DNA of 64,000 nt. It comes from Eledone cirrhosa. Lineage: Eukaryota. The stretch is taken from NCBI GenBank assembly GCA_964016885.1, contig OZ024763.1, positions 868,001 to 932,000 on the forward strand, in the 5' to 3' direction. The position numbers and the translations under genes are program-made. Positions 1 to 11,316 of the stretch are shown piece after piece (the stretch's first letter is position 1; every line of letters starts with the position of its first letter). The notes under the pieces are model-generated. The model worked only from the letters and a program-made list of their open reading frames with translations, searched no databases and was not told where the DNA came from.

Positions 1-380
1 TGTCCACTGACAACAAAATAATACAATAAGGAAATGCCATCATCCAGTAAAACTTGGTAATAATCCAGTCTCGTCACAGTAAACAATGGTAAGAACAAAC
101 AAAAACAAGAGAACTATTCAGCAGTTAATGAAGTGAATACATAAAATTTAAAAAAAACTTTACTAAATAAAATAAATTTTTATATATATACCTATCTCTC
201 GCTCTTATATCTGCCATACCTAAATCCTGTGTGCGACTTATAACCAAATATTAATATGGTTCGTTGATTACTCAATGAATATAGTTTTACAATATATTAA
301 AAGCTCTCTACAAGGAAGTTTTCTGGAGTTATTGATATTATTCAAAATATTAATAAATGAAGACATTCACATAATCAAAA

Positions 381-450
381 TATGTTTTATTATATATATT
401 TCGAAGGTACTGTGCTGTTTTTTCAGTACGTCCTCGTCAGATAAAATACA
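381..450 (-). ncRNA. Minimal type I hammerhead ribozyme motif (Penelope-like element type)
   Basis: Minus strand reads tgtattttat-CTGACGA-ggacgtactg(loop)cagtaccttc-GAAA-tatata-TA-ataaaacata. Stem I and stem II pair, stem III is palindromic, cleavage triplet AUA. Confidence 0.6.
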
Positions 451-525
451 TGAATTGATGTATGACATACCTCAACGGTGTTGATGGTTCAATTCCAGTA
501 TTGGCAGTATATTTGTATATATATA

Positions 526-1125
526 GGCGTTCCTTACTTTTAGCGGTCGCAATAATGAAAGTAAATTTATTTTCATTTTCGAACGTCGTGTTTACATTTT
601 GTGTGTGTGTTTAAACGAAACATGCTGGCGACGAAGCTTCTTTGCACAGCTCCATGTGTTCTCTGTGAGCTGTGTGTGTGCACATCAGAGGCCGCAGGAT
701 CTACAAAGTTCCGTTCGTGCACCACAACATCATGAACGTAAATCCCACCTTCAATTTCCGAATAGGAAGCCCAACCATTGGAGATGATGCGGCTGCCTGG
801 CAAAATCCCTGCTGAATGATGGGGACGAGAGTGTCAGAGCTTCGATTTGTGACTTCTACAAGGCAGCAGCGTCCAGAATGGCAGACTCACCATTCTGCAA
901 GCCTCATTACAAGATTACTTCGGTATTGAGTACTCTTCTCTCAACCGTCAACCACACACACACATACATATATATATATAATCAGTTAAAACGACAGAGG
1001 TTCTGATTTTGTCTTTAATCTCAGTAACTAATTGAGATCTAAAAACACACAAAATGTATACACGACGTTCGAAAATGAAAATAAATTTACTTTCATTATT
1101 GTAACCGCTAAAAGTAAGGAACGCC
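526..1125 (-). mobile_element. Internally deleted Merlin (IS1595/ISXO2-like) DNA transposon
   Basis: About 85-bp terminal inverted repeats (GGCGTTCCTTACTTTTAGCGG.../...CCGCTAAAAGTAAGGAACGCC). 8-bp flanks tatatata/tatgtata. Internal minus-strand remnant LVEVTNRSSDTLVPIIQ..LPGSRIISNGWASY..YVHDVVVHERNFVDP..DVHT is typical of IS1595/Merlin DDE transposases. Confidence 0.75.
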
Positions 1126-2122
1126 TATGTATATACTCCATTTAAGACAGCGAAAAAACCAGTACCTCCTTCCAAGAATGCCAAATATGCCTAAGGGATA
1201 CCGGTGTAACACTAATTAAGTTACCGGTGTAGATATTTCAGTTGAACCCTGCTTCAACAAACTCCTCGGTAATTTGAAATCGAGTGAGGGGTGTAAAACA
1301 GAATTGTTTGGAAAATAGTAAATTCTAAACCTGCCAGAAATAGCAGCCAAGTGTCGTACTTTGGGTACGAGGTGCGACTCGTCTTACCTCTTCTAATATA
1401 TATAGATGCGTATGTAGATTCACGGGTCGCGTCGGGGAGAAACCCCAATAGATACAATGTACTTATTAGATTGGCACACAGTATATGTATATATAAATGT
1501 ATATATACATATAAATACTTATATCTATACATAAGTTTTGTTTAATTGCCGATAACTTTAAAATCTATTTCTTAGGTTGCTTAGGCCTACAAACCTTATA
1601 TCAGTGTCCCTTCTTTTGACACTTTCTACGAGTGAATCCTTAAATTGACATTTTATTTTGGGTTGTACTGCCTTATCCCACCTATAACAGCTTGAAGCAG
1701 ATATAGTAAAAACAGGTCCTTGACTGTGAAGACTAACATGAGTTATGTTGAATATAATTGTTGAGGTTTATTCAATCTAAGAGAAGAAAAACGAATTATA
1801 AGTCAAGTGCAAAATTAACGTTTAAAGACAAGAAAAGTATCTCTCTTTCTCTCAGGCAAAATAGATCGGCTGTTTTTAGACCAGGAGGAGGGGAGGATTG
1901 ACTCAGTCAGGTTTAAATGCCCACATGACGGTAATTACGGCAGCCCTACAACAACAGTTAAGTGTCTATAACAACCACGCATTTATGAGACTAAAATCCT
2001 TACTAATGTATTTTTATTTTGGTACTGGAAAACAAAAGTTTAAAAATAATTTCCTCAGTTTTAAATTCATGCAAGTCCAACATACATAGATATATATGTG
2101 TGTATATATTTATCTGTGTGTC

Positions 2123-2153
<31 letters not shown>

Positions 2154-2294
2154 TACCAGTAATGCACTGGGTAATTGCTGGCCTTGTGCCTAAAGTAGAA
2201 ACAATTATTACTTAGGTTCTAAGGAATATTCCGCGAATAATTGGTCCCGCGAATGCCAGGGTCCACTGTATATATATATATATATATACATATA

Positions 2295-2670
2295 TTGCTT
2301 TGACTGCTATTTCTAGCATACACTAGAAAAAACCGGAAGTGGAGAAAATTGAAAAACTTCTTCTTTTTCCCCCTCTAACTTTTCAAACAAAAGAAAATTT
2401 TATGTAAACAAAAACGAAATTTTTGCCAAGAAAGATAACTCTTCTCTGACTTAAATCCAAAATTGGGATACAAAAAATTGCAGAATTTTTTTTGTATCCC
2501 AATTTTGGATTTAAGTCAGAGAAGAGTTATCTTTCTTGGCAAAAATTTCGTTTTTGTTTACATAAAATTTTCTTTTGTTTGAAAAGTTAGAGGGGGAAAA
2601 AGAAGAAGTTTTTCAATTTTCTCCACTTCCGGTTTTTTCTAGTGTATGCTAGAAATAGCAGTCAAAGCAA
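2295..2670. repeat. Perfect 183-bp inverted repeat (10-nt loop) embedded in (TA)n
   Basis: 2295-2477 is the reverse complement of 2488-2670. Both sides are flanked by TA microsatellite. Confidence 0.9.
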
Positions 2671-3999
2671 TATATATATATATATATACCTTTTTGTGAC
2701 AATATATATTGTTTTAACGCTAAATTATTAACAACAATATATTGTATTTGCTCGCCTATTAGACGCCCCTTCGCATAAGACGCTCACTCGATTTTTATTA
2801 AATTTTACGTTGTATTTTGAGGTTTATAGGCATTTCTATGGACCACCTACAATATTCACGGTTTTTCACTATTCTCGGGTTCTCTAGGACCGTAAACACC
2901 ACGAATGCCGGGGGGATAACTGTATATGAATATACGAACTAATAATTTTTCTACTTTTGGCACAAGGCCAGCAATTACCACAGTGCATTACTGGTACTTT
3001 ATTTTATCGACCCCATAAGGATACACATATACATATAAATATATATGTACGAGTCACGGTTTATTACACATTGGAGAGAGAGAGTGAGAGATTTAGCTGT
3101 CATTTTTAGCAGATTTAGAAACTTCGCAAACGCTTTATTTTATTTTTTCTTATTGCCGGTACTCTGAACATGATTTGAAATGACTGGAGTGAGTTTATAA
3201 AAGGGTAAACTGAAAGAGTTGCACCGGTAATATATTTAGTGTTATACTGGTATTTTCGAAACAATCTCTTTCGCATTCGTTTGTAAGAGGTAACGTTTAC
3301 ATACATTATATTTATACACATATAGGATTTTACTAAGTTTGTATTCTTTCTAATGTGAAGAGATAGAAATAATAAGTTAAAACTAAAGTATAATGATATA
3401 ACAACAGTATATAATAGTTTTCTCCACTTTATTGAGATGCAAACGTTTTAAAGAAAAAGCATGACAGTATAATATATATTTAATATCATAACATATAATA
3501 TTTCAGGTAGGATGGTCGTTTCTTTTGTCTTCCACCTCTAGTAGATTTGTCATGTTCAGTGAATGTCCTCTCTAGCCATAATTATGTCGTCGACATATGC
3601 ATAAGTTTGATTTCTTGAATGAATTGCAAATCTTGAGGTAGCCTTCTTGGTACATTTATTAGCTTTAATTCGTGTTTACACTGCTTGTAATAATTCGTAC
3701 GTCTTTTACTTTAGGTGAAACATATATATAAAAACATCTGTGGCTTTAGTATACCTTTAAGTTTGATTTCAATAGAAAAATACTTACTGAAAATGTGTAA
3801 CACAATTATAACTGGAGCTACTAAGTTCCTAGCCACTAGAAAATATATATATATATACAGAAATATATATATATATAATATATATAAATAACGTGAAATA
3901 AAGTGCCTTGCTCTAAAACACAACACCCTACCTGCTCAAAGAATCGAACCTCTAGCCTTAAGGCCATGAATCGAACCTCCTGAGCGCAAAGCTAGTATG

Positions 4000-4034
<35 letters not shown>

Positions 4035-4254
4035 TAACGTGAAATAAAGTGCCTTGCTCAAGGATACAATGCGCCACCTACTCAAAGAATCGAACTTATA
4101 GCCTTACGGCCATGATTGCAAAGCCCTGACTGCAAAGCTAGTATGCATATATAATATAATATATATATAATATATATAGTTATATATAACCTACATGTAA
4201 CTTACATATGTAACGTACATAGGGCACTCTTTTTTCCTGGACCTTATATATAGT

Positions 4255-4296
<42 letters not shown>

Positions 4297-4365
4297 GAGT
4301 TATATATAATATATATAGTTATATATAACAGATATATATATATAATATATAATATATATATATAT

Positions 4366-4498
4366 AAAATATGTAGTTTAGAAAGCCACAACAATGCAGA
4401 TGGGAAATCTCGAGGTAGGAAGTGAGTGAGAAATAGGAGAAAAGTGAAAATTGAGATTTCCCATCTGCATTGTTGTGGCTTTCTAAACTACATATTTT
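4366..4498. repeat. 46-bp inverted repeat with 41-nt spacer in a (TA)n-flanked fragment
   Basis: 4366-4411 is the reverse complement of 4453-4498, followed by the motif cacaatgcttcaag that is also seen at about 7167. Confidence 0.85.
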
Positions 4499-4542
4499 AC
4501 ATATTTCACAATGCTTCAAGCAAACTTTAACACCCTCTTATC

Positions 4543-4573
<31 letters not shown>

Positions 4574-4633
4574 TATACAAATATATATGAATAATACTTA
4601 TATATGTGTTCAATCCGGTGTGAATCAACAAGA

Positions 4634-4704
4634 CAGTAGATAGCTCAGTAGGTAGAGCAGAGGACTGAAGTTTGTTAGGTCGATGGTTCGAATCCGTCTA
4701 GTAA
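4634..4704 (+). pseudogene. Degenerate tRNA-like sequence (Tyr-like body, GAA anticodon); tRNA pseudogene or SINE head
   Basis: A box TAGCTCAGTAGGTAGAGC, anticodon arm GAGGA-CTGAAGT, B box GGTTCGAATCC. Acceptor and anticodon stems pair poorly. Confidence 0.5.
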
Positions 4705-5767
4705 CTTAGGGTTAGAACTACGGTTGAAACTAGGGTCTAAAATTAGAAGTAAGTAAGTAATAATATATATAAATAATGTGAAATAAAGTGCTCTAAAACA
4801 CAACACCCCACCTGCTCAAAGAATCGAACTTATCGCCTTAAGGCCATTAGATAATACATATACTATAAGGGCGCGTTCTGGACGCAGAGCGAATTGTAGG
4901 AAGTGACATAATGCAGACATACAGACAGATATTATAAGGGCGCGACGTTATATGTATGTATCTATCTAAAAAGAGAAAGACTAAGAATTATAGAGCGAGA
5001 TCGCTAAATCGCCGAATGCGGTCCCTAGGGCATTGAAAATTTGAAATGTTTTTTTTGCTCAGAACACTCCCTGAAACATAAGTATTACATGTGTAAAGTT
5101 TGAAAACAGTCGGTTGGGTGGTTCTCGAGTTTTAGGGATTCAAACTCACACACACACTGACAGACATCCTCAGTTTTATATATATAGATATAGTATATAT
5201 ATATATTATAAATAAATGTACTTTACCATATTCTTAGAAATAAATAATAAAAATGAGTCAACATTTGAGAAAAGATTTTATTAGTTTTTTTTTCAGTGTG
5301 TAAATATACATACATGTTTTAGTCTATACATATACATACATCTTTAGGTGTATATATACATACATTTTTCAGTGTATACATATCTTTCATTGTATACAGA
5401 CATACAAATATCTTTTCAGTGTTATAGTGTGTACATATAAAAACATGTTTTAATGTGTACATATACATACATGTTTTAGTGTGTCATAGACAAACAACTT
5501 TTCAGTGTGTACGTGTGTGTTTATATATATATATATGTTCGTGATCAACACATTTGATTAACCAGAGGTAATATTGTATAAATTAATGAATACAATAATG
5601 TATGTGATGTTGGTCAGATAGATTTGTTTCATGTAGAGTACAACAGCTACTTAAACCCTTTCACTACCATATTTCTTATGTTGTTGTTGTTGTGACAGCT
5701 CACACCTATGCAGGTTTAGCTGGTCTCCTCCAAGGTATATCTCGTTGGAGGTGTCTTGGGTAATTTA

Positions 5768-5938
5768 ATGATAGGGACCCCAGTCCCTATCATCTCATTT
5801 CTACAGCTGAGTAAACTGGAGCAACGTGAAATAAAGTGTCTTGCTCAAGGAAACAACACATCACCCGGTCCGAGAATTGAACTCACAACCTTTCGATTGC
5901 AAGCCCAATGCTCTAACCACTAAGCCATGTGCCTTCAC
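5768..5938 (-). mobile_element. tRNA-derived SINE (CORE-like body), 5' half
   Basis: Minus strand TGGCTTAGTGGTTAGAGC (A box), GAGTTCAATTCTC (B box), then CCTTGAGCAAGACACTTTATTTCAC. Near-identical to 17760-17929 and 56156-56316. Confidence 0.75.
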
Positions 5939-6039
5939 CATATTTCTAATGAAAGACACTGTCCCCAATGATTTTCAAATGATTTCGAAAATCAGAAAAT
6001 CGAGAAATGGGAGTGATTTAGTAATATAACTAACATTGT

Positions 6040-6670
6040 CGTTATTAAGCTGGAATTTGGAACATAACTTAACAAAGGTTCTTACATAAAATTATAATGG
6101 AAGGTCTTTACGTAAATATAAACACTTTAAAATGAACTGCAGCTTTGTTCCTTAAAATTAAGGATGGTTTCAAGCAGTTTGGTACCAGAAAGACTAGGCT
6201 AGCGTTTGGAATTTCACAAAGTTTCTTAGATAAAATTATATTGGAAGGTTTTTAGATAAAAACACTTTACAATAAGCAGCACTGTTCCATAGAATTCATG
6301 ACAGTTTCAGGCAGTTTGGTACCAAAAGCATTAAGCTGATATTTGAAATTTAACAAAGGTTCTTAGAAAATACTATGATGGAGGGTGTTTAGATAAATAA
6401 AAGCACTTTACAATAAGCAGCACTGTTCCATAAAATTAATGGCAGTTTCAGGCAGTGTGGTGCCAAAAGTATTAAGCTGATATTTGGAATTTAACAAAGG
6501 TTCTGAAATAAAACTATGATGGAAGGCGTTTAGATAGATATAAACACTTTAAAATAAACAGCACTGTACCATAAAACTAACAGTGGTTTCAAGCAGCTTG
6601 GTACCAAAGGTGTTAAGCTAGTGTTTGGAATTTAACGAAGGATTTTAGATAAAATTATGATGAAAAGTGT
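6040..6670. repeat. Diverged tandem repeat, about 118-bp unit, about 5 copies
   Basis: Recurring aagct..tttggaatttaacaaaggttcttag..aaacacttt..gcagtttggtacca. Confidence 0.65.
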
Positions 6671-6696
6671 TTCGATTATTAATATTATATATATAT

Positions 6697-6888
6697 ATCG
6701 CTCTACAGGTTTATATATAAACCTGTAGAGCAAATATTTATTATTAGTACAGATTAAAGTTTAAGGAAAGAATTTCTACTTTCTCCCTATTACAGGATCT
6801 TCTGAAACTAACTGAGTTTCAGAAGATCCGTAATAGGGTGAAAGCAGAAATAATTTGCTTAAACTTTAATCTGTACTAATAATAAATA
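6697..6888. repeat. Two adjacent imperfect hairpins in (TA)n
   Basis: gctctacaggtttatatataaacctgtagagc palindrome, followed by a ~150-bp fold-back centred on ctgaaactaactgagtttcag. Confidence 0.75.
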
Positions 6889-6910
6889 TATATATATATA
6901 TATATATATA

Positions 6911-7152
6911 CGTTTGAATATGTGTAATAAGGCCAAGACAATGCAGGTATGGACATAGAAAAAAGAATGCAATAGTGAAAGATATTGATGTGAATTCGTC
7001 TTTCACCTTGAATTTATTTAAATGTCCTTAATTTTCGAGATAATATAAATTCAAGGTGAAAGACGAATTCACATCAATATCTTTCACTATTGCATTCTTT
7101 TTTTCTATGTCCATACCTGCATTGTCTTGGCCTTATTACACATATTCAAACG
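6911..7152. repeat. Inverted repeat with ~107-bp arms and 27-nt spacer
   Basis: 6911-7017 is the reverse complement of 7045-7152. (TA)n lies on both sides. It sits about 450 bp downstream of the FARSB stop codon. Confidence 0.9.
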
Positions 7153-7196
7153 TTTATACCTCATTACACAATGCTTCAAGTGAACTATAACCTCCT

Positions 7197-7244
<48 letters not shown>

Positions 7245-7594
7245 ATATATATAGATATATGAAATATGAATTTAAATAATTTTGAAAACCATACAATGCA
7301 TTAGAAAATTAAAGGTGCCAAGATAATAATAGAATCTTACCTTAACAAATTTAATATTCCAAAATATTTTCGGGTTTAAAAACCCATTATCAATGGGTGT
7401 ATCCCCATGAAGATCTTAGAGGACAAAGCGTCTTTGGTGCTGGGAAATATGGTATATAAACCTCAAAATAAACAGTGTCATATCACTGAATGAAGGGCCA
7501 GTTTGCTGTAATTTGATAACAAAAGGGTTTAAAGTGATGTTGGTCTGGTCAGAGACATGTTGATGTATTTCATGTCAGTGTAGGATCTGATAAG

Positions 7595-7743
7595 TTAAAG
7601 TTTCTCAATATTTATTTCTAGAGCAGAACACGGCATGTTCAGTTCAAACTTTGTGATGACATCGGGATGTAACACACCAAACTTACCAATTCTGTGGCTT
7701 TCTATAAAGATCTCGGCACAACGACCAGGGAAATAGGTGGGAT
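7595..7743 (-). CDS. FARSB: FARSB exon 19 (last): [13 protein letters not shown]...LEINIEKL*
   Basis: Acceptor tttatag; TAA at 7595-7597; conserved FPGRCAEI and GVLHPDVI motifs. Confidence 0.95.
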
Positions 7744-7799
7744 CTATAAATAACAAGAGAGGAATTAGAAGTCAGTGATTGGTGTTATAGGAAAATAGG

Positions 7800-8340
7800 T
7801 GTTGGTGATGATGATGGTAGTGATGTTGGTGGTGATGATGATGGTGGGAGTGGGGGGGGGGTAGTCATGATGGTGGGGGGTGGGGGGGGGGGGGGGGGGG
7901 TGATGGTGGGGGGGTGGTGGTGGTATTGATGATGGTGGTGGTGGTGGTGGTGGTGGTGAAAGGAGTGGTGGTGGTGGCGATGATGATGAAAGTAGTGAGT
8001 TGGTGGTGGTGGTATTGATGATGGTAGTGGTGGTGGTGGTGATGATGAAAGTAGTGGTGGTGGTGGTGGTGATGGTAAAGTAGTGGTGGTGGTGGTGATG
8101 ATGATGATGAAAGTGGTGGTGGTGGTGATGATGATGAAAGTAGTGATGTTGGTGGTGTTGGTAGTGATGATGATGGTGGGGGGGGAGGGGTATCGATGAT
8201 GGTAGTGATGATGAAAGTAGTGGTGGTGGTGGTGGTGGTGGTGATGATGAAAGTAGTGATGGTGTTGGTGATGATGATGGTAGTGGTGTTGGTGGTAGCT
8301 GTGGTGATGACAGTAGTGATGGTGTGGTGTTGTTGGTGGT
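7800..8340. repeat. (GGT/GAT/AGT)n low-complexity tract
   Basis: Trinucleotide-like repeats fill FARSB intron 18. Confidence 0.9.
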
Positions 8341-8428
8341 CTCAGGGAGAAATCAGTGGGTTTAGACGTGGGTAGTTTCAGTGGGTTTGCTATTAAAATG
8401 GCTAAAACTAGCTAGATACTCAACCTAC

Positions 8429-8599
8429 CTTCACAAGCCTTGATGTAGTATTTACCAGGGTTGTGTTCAGCGCCGTCTCCATCATATTTGACATCCAGCA
8501 GTTGCATGATTCGATCCATCAGGCCATGTAAGACCTCAAAACCAGAATTCTTGTTGTAGTAGACGGCACATAAATGGCGTTCATTCCTCGCTCCTGTGT
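8429..8599 (-). CDS. FARSB: FARSB exon 18: [34 protein letters not shown]...YYIKACE
   Basis: AG acceptor, GTAGGT donor, 171 nt, phase 1-1. Confidence 0.93.
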
Positions 8600-8770
8600 C
8601 TTCAAGAAATAAAACGAAAGTGACAAATGAACCCTTTCATCATCATCATCATCATCATCAACATCCTCATCATTGTTTAATGTCCACATTCCCGGCAAGT
8701 AAGGGTTGAACAGGTTGTTAGCAGACAAAATGACCCGCCCCTCCCACAATCACAACCCTCTCTCCATTAC

Positions 8771-10617
8771 TGCCCTCCACTGATATTACTAAGATCTTCC
8801 TATAAACTCACCTTTATTGGAGTCCTGCAATACAATATCTGAGACCCCCCAACACTGCCCTCCACTGATACTACTAAGATCTTCCTATAAACTCACCTTT
8901 ATTAGAGTCCTGCAACACTATATCTGAGACCCCCCAACACTGCCCTCCACTGATACTACTAAGATCTCCCTATAAACTCACCTTTATTAGAGTCCTGCAA
9001 CACTATATCTGAGACCCCCCAACACTGCCCTCCACTGATACTACTAAGATCTCCCTATAAACTCACCTTTATTAGAGTCCTGCAACACTATATCTGAGAC
9101 CCCCCAACACTGCCCTCCACTGATACTACTAAGATCTCCCTATAAACTCACCTTTATTAGAGTCCTGCAATACAATATCTGAGACCCCCAACACTGCCCT
9201 CCACTGATATTACTAAGATCTCCCTATAAACTCACCTTTATTAGAGTCCTGCAATACAATATCTGAGACCCCCAACACTGCCCTCCACTGATATTACTAA
9301 GATCTCCCTATAAACTCACCTTTATTAGAGTCCTGCAATACAATATCTGAGACCCCCAACACTGCCCTCCACTGATATTACTAAGATCTCCCTATAAACT
9401 CACCTTTATTAGAGTCCTGCAATACAATATCTGAGACCCCCAACACTGCCCTCCACTGATATTACTAAGATCTCCCTATAAACTCACCTTTATTAGAGTC
9501 CTGCAATACAATATCTGAGACCCCCAACACTGCCCTCCACTGATATTACTAAGATCTCCCTATAAACTCACCTTTATTAGAGTCCTGCAATACAATATCT
9601 GAGACCCCCAACACTGCCCTCCACTGATATTACTAAGATCTCCCTATAAACTCACCTTTATTAGAGTCCTGCAATACAATATCTGAGACCCCCAACACTG
9701 CCCTCCACTGATACTACTAAGATCTCCCTATAAACTCACCTTTATTGGAGTCCTGCAATACAATATCTGAGACCCCCAACACTGCCCTCCACTGATATTA
9801 CTAAGATCTTCCTATAAACTCACCTTTATTAGAGTCCTGCAATACAATATCTGAGACCCCCCAACACTGCCCTCCACTGATACTACTAAGATCTCCCTAT
9901 AAACTCACCTTTATTGGAGTCCTGCAATTCAATATCTGAGACCCCCAACACTGCCCTCCACTGATATTACTAAGATCTTCCTATAAACTCACCTTTATTA
10001 GAGTCCTGCAATACAATATCTGAGACCCCCCAACACTGCCCTCCACTGATACTACTAAGACCTCCCTATAAACTCACCTTTATTAGAGTCCTGCAATACA
10101 ATATCTGAGACCCCCCAACACTGCCCTCCACTGATACTACTAAGACCTCCCTATAAACTCACCTTTGTTGGAGTCCTGCAATACAATGTCTGAGACCCCC
10201 AACACTGCCCTCCACTCATATTACTAAGATCTCCCTATAAACTCACCTTTATTAGAGTCCTGCAATACAATATCTGAGACCCCCAACACTGCCCTCCACT
10301 GATATTACTAAGACCTCCCTATAAACTCACCTTTATTAGAGTCCTGCAATACAATATCTGAGACCCCCAACACTGCCCTCCACTGATACTACTAAGATCT
10401 CCCTATAAACTCACCTTTATTGGAGTCCTGCAATACAATATCTGAGACCCCCAACACTGCCCTCCACTGATATTACTAAGATCTCCCTATAAACTCACCT
10501 TTATTAGAGTCCTGCAATACTATATCTGAGACCCCCAACACTGCCCTCCACTGATATTACTAAGATCTCCCTATAAACTCACCTTTATTAGAGTCCTGCA
10601 ATACAATATCTGAGATC
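8771..10617 (-). repeat. 59-60-bp minisatellite (~31 copies) whose unit contains the 3' end and 5' splice site of FARSB exon 17
   Basis: Minus-strand unit TCTCAGATATTGTATTGCAGGACTCTAATAAAG|GTGAGTTTATAGGGAGATCTTAGTAATATCAGTGGAGGGCAGTGTTGGGGG. Confidence 0.95.
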
Positions 10618-10700
10618 TCAAACAGTTTCAATGGTAGGGGCATGTTTTTGTTGTTAGACAAGGTTTTCAACAACCCGGGTAACAGCATAGTTCGAGCAAC
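10583..10700 (-). CDS. FARSB: FARSB exon 17: [39 protein letters not shown]
   Basis: Acceptor ttctag, donor GTGAGT, 118 nt. Confidence 0.95.
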
Positions 10701-10759
10701 CTAGAAGAGAAAAAGATGAAGATTGTAATGGGTGATGGTCTAATATAAACAGTAATAAT

Positions 10760-11180
10760 CTCTCTCTGGTGTCAGAGGGGCTGTGAAAGCCAAGGGCACT
10801 GTCCCGCCCCCCCTGTCCTACCAGACATCAATCTCTCCAGTCTCAGAAGACCTGTAAAGTCCATGGGCACTGTCCCCCCTCCTCCTGTCCTACCAGACAT
10901 CAAATTCTCTCCAATCCCAGAGGACCTGTGAAGGCCAAGAGCACTGTCCCTCCCTCGTCCTACAAGACATCAATCTCTGGAGTTTCAGAGGACCTGTAAA
11001 GTCCATGGACACAGTCCCTCTCTCCTGTCCTACCAGACATCAATCTCTCTCCAGTCCCAGAAGACCTGTAAAGTCCATGGGCACTGTCCCCCCTCCTCCT
11101 GTCCTACCAGACATCAATCTCTCTCCAGTCCCAGAGGAACTGTGAAGGCCAAGGGCACTGTCCCTTCCTCCTGTCCAAGC
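10760..11180. repeat. About 70-bp tandem repeat, ~6 copies, in FARSB intron 16
   Basis: Recurring ctgtcctaccagacatcaatctct..cagaggacctgtgaagg..gggcactgtccc. Confidence 0.8.
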
Positions 11181-11223
11181 AAGGAGAAAAACCCAAAACT
11201 AGACAAAACAAAACCTTACTTAC

Positions 11224-11316
11224 CTGGAATTCTGCAGTTTTGGGGTTAGAAATGTGGACAGCTTTTGTGTCTTTGATATCCAATCTAAGTTTATCAGCGA
11301 TATCTTCTCGTGAACA
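11224..11316 (-). CDS. FARSB: FARSB exon 16: [31 protein letters not shown]
   Basis: Acceptor tgcag, donor GTAAGT, 93 nt. Confidence 0.95.

Noticed and set aside
2205-2925. Two TACAGT-type (Tc1/pogo-like) termini at about 2270 and 2925
   Set aside because: Both face the same way and no matching partner TIR was found.
3520-3700. Minus-strand YAYVDDII peptide resembling an RT active-site motif
   Set aside because: Surrounded by stops and frameshifts and too short to assign; at most a very old LINE scrap.
4705-4750. TTAGGG-like motifs after the tRNA-like sequence
   Set aside because: Too few and too degenerate for an interstitial telomere.
8771-10617. Regular array that might be read as a CRISPR-like locus
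   Set aside because: No unique spacers, eukaryotic intron context, and no cas genes.
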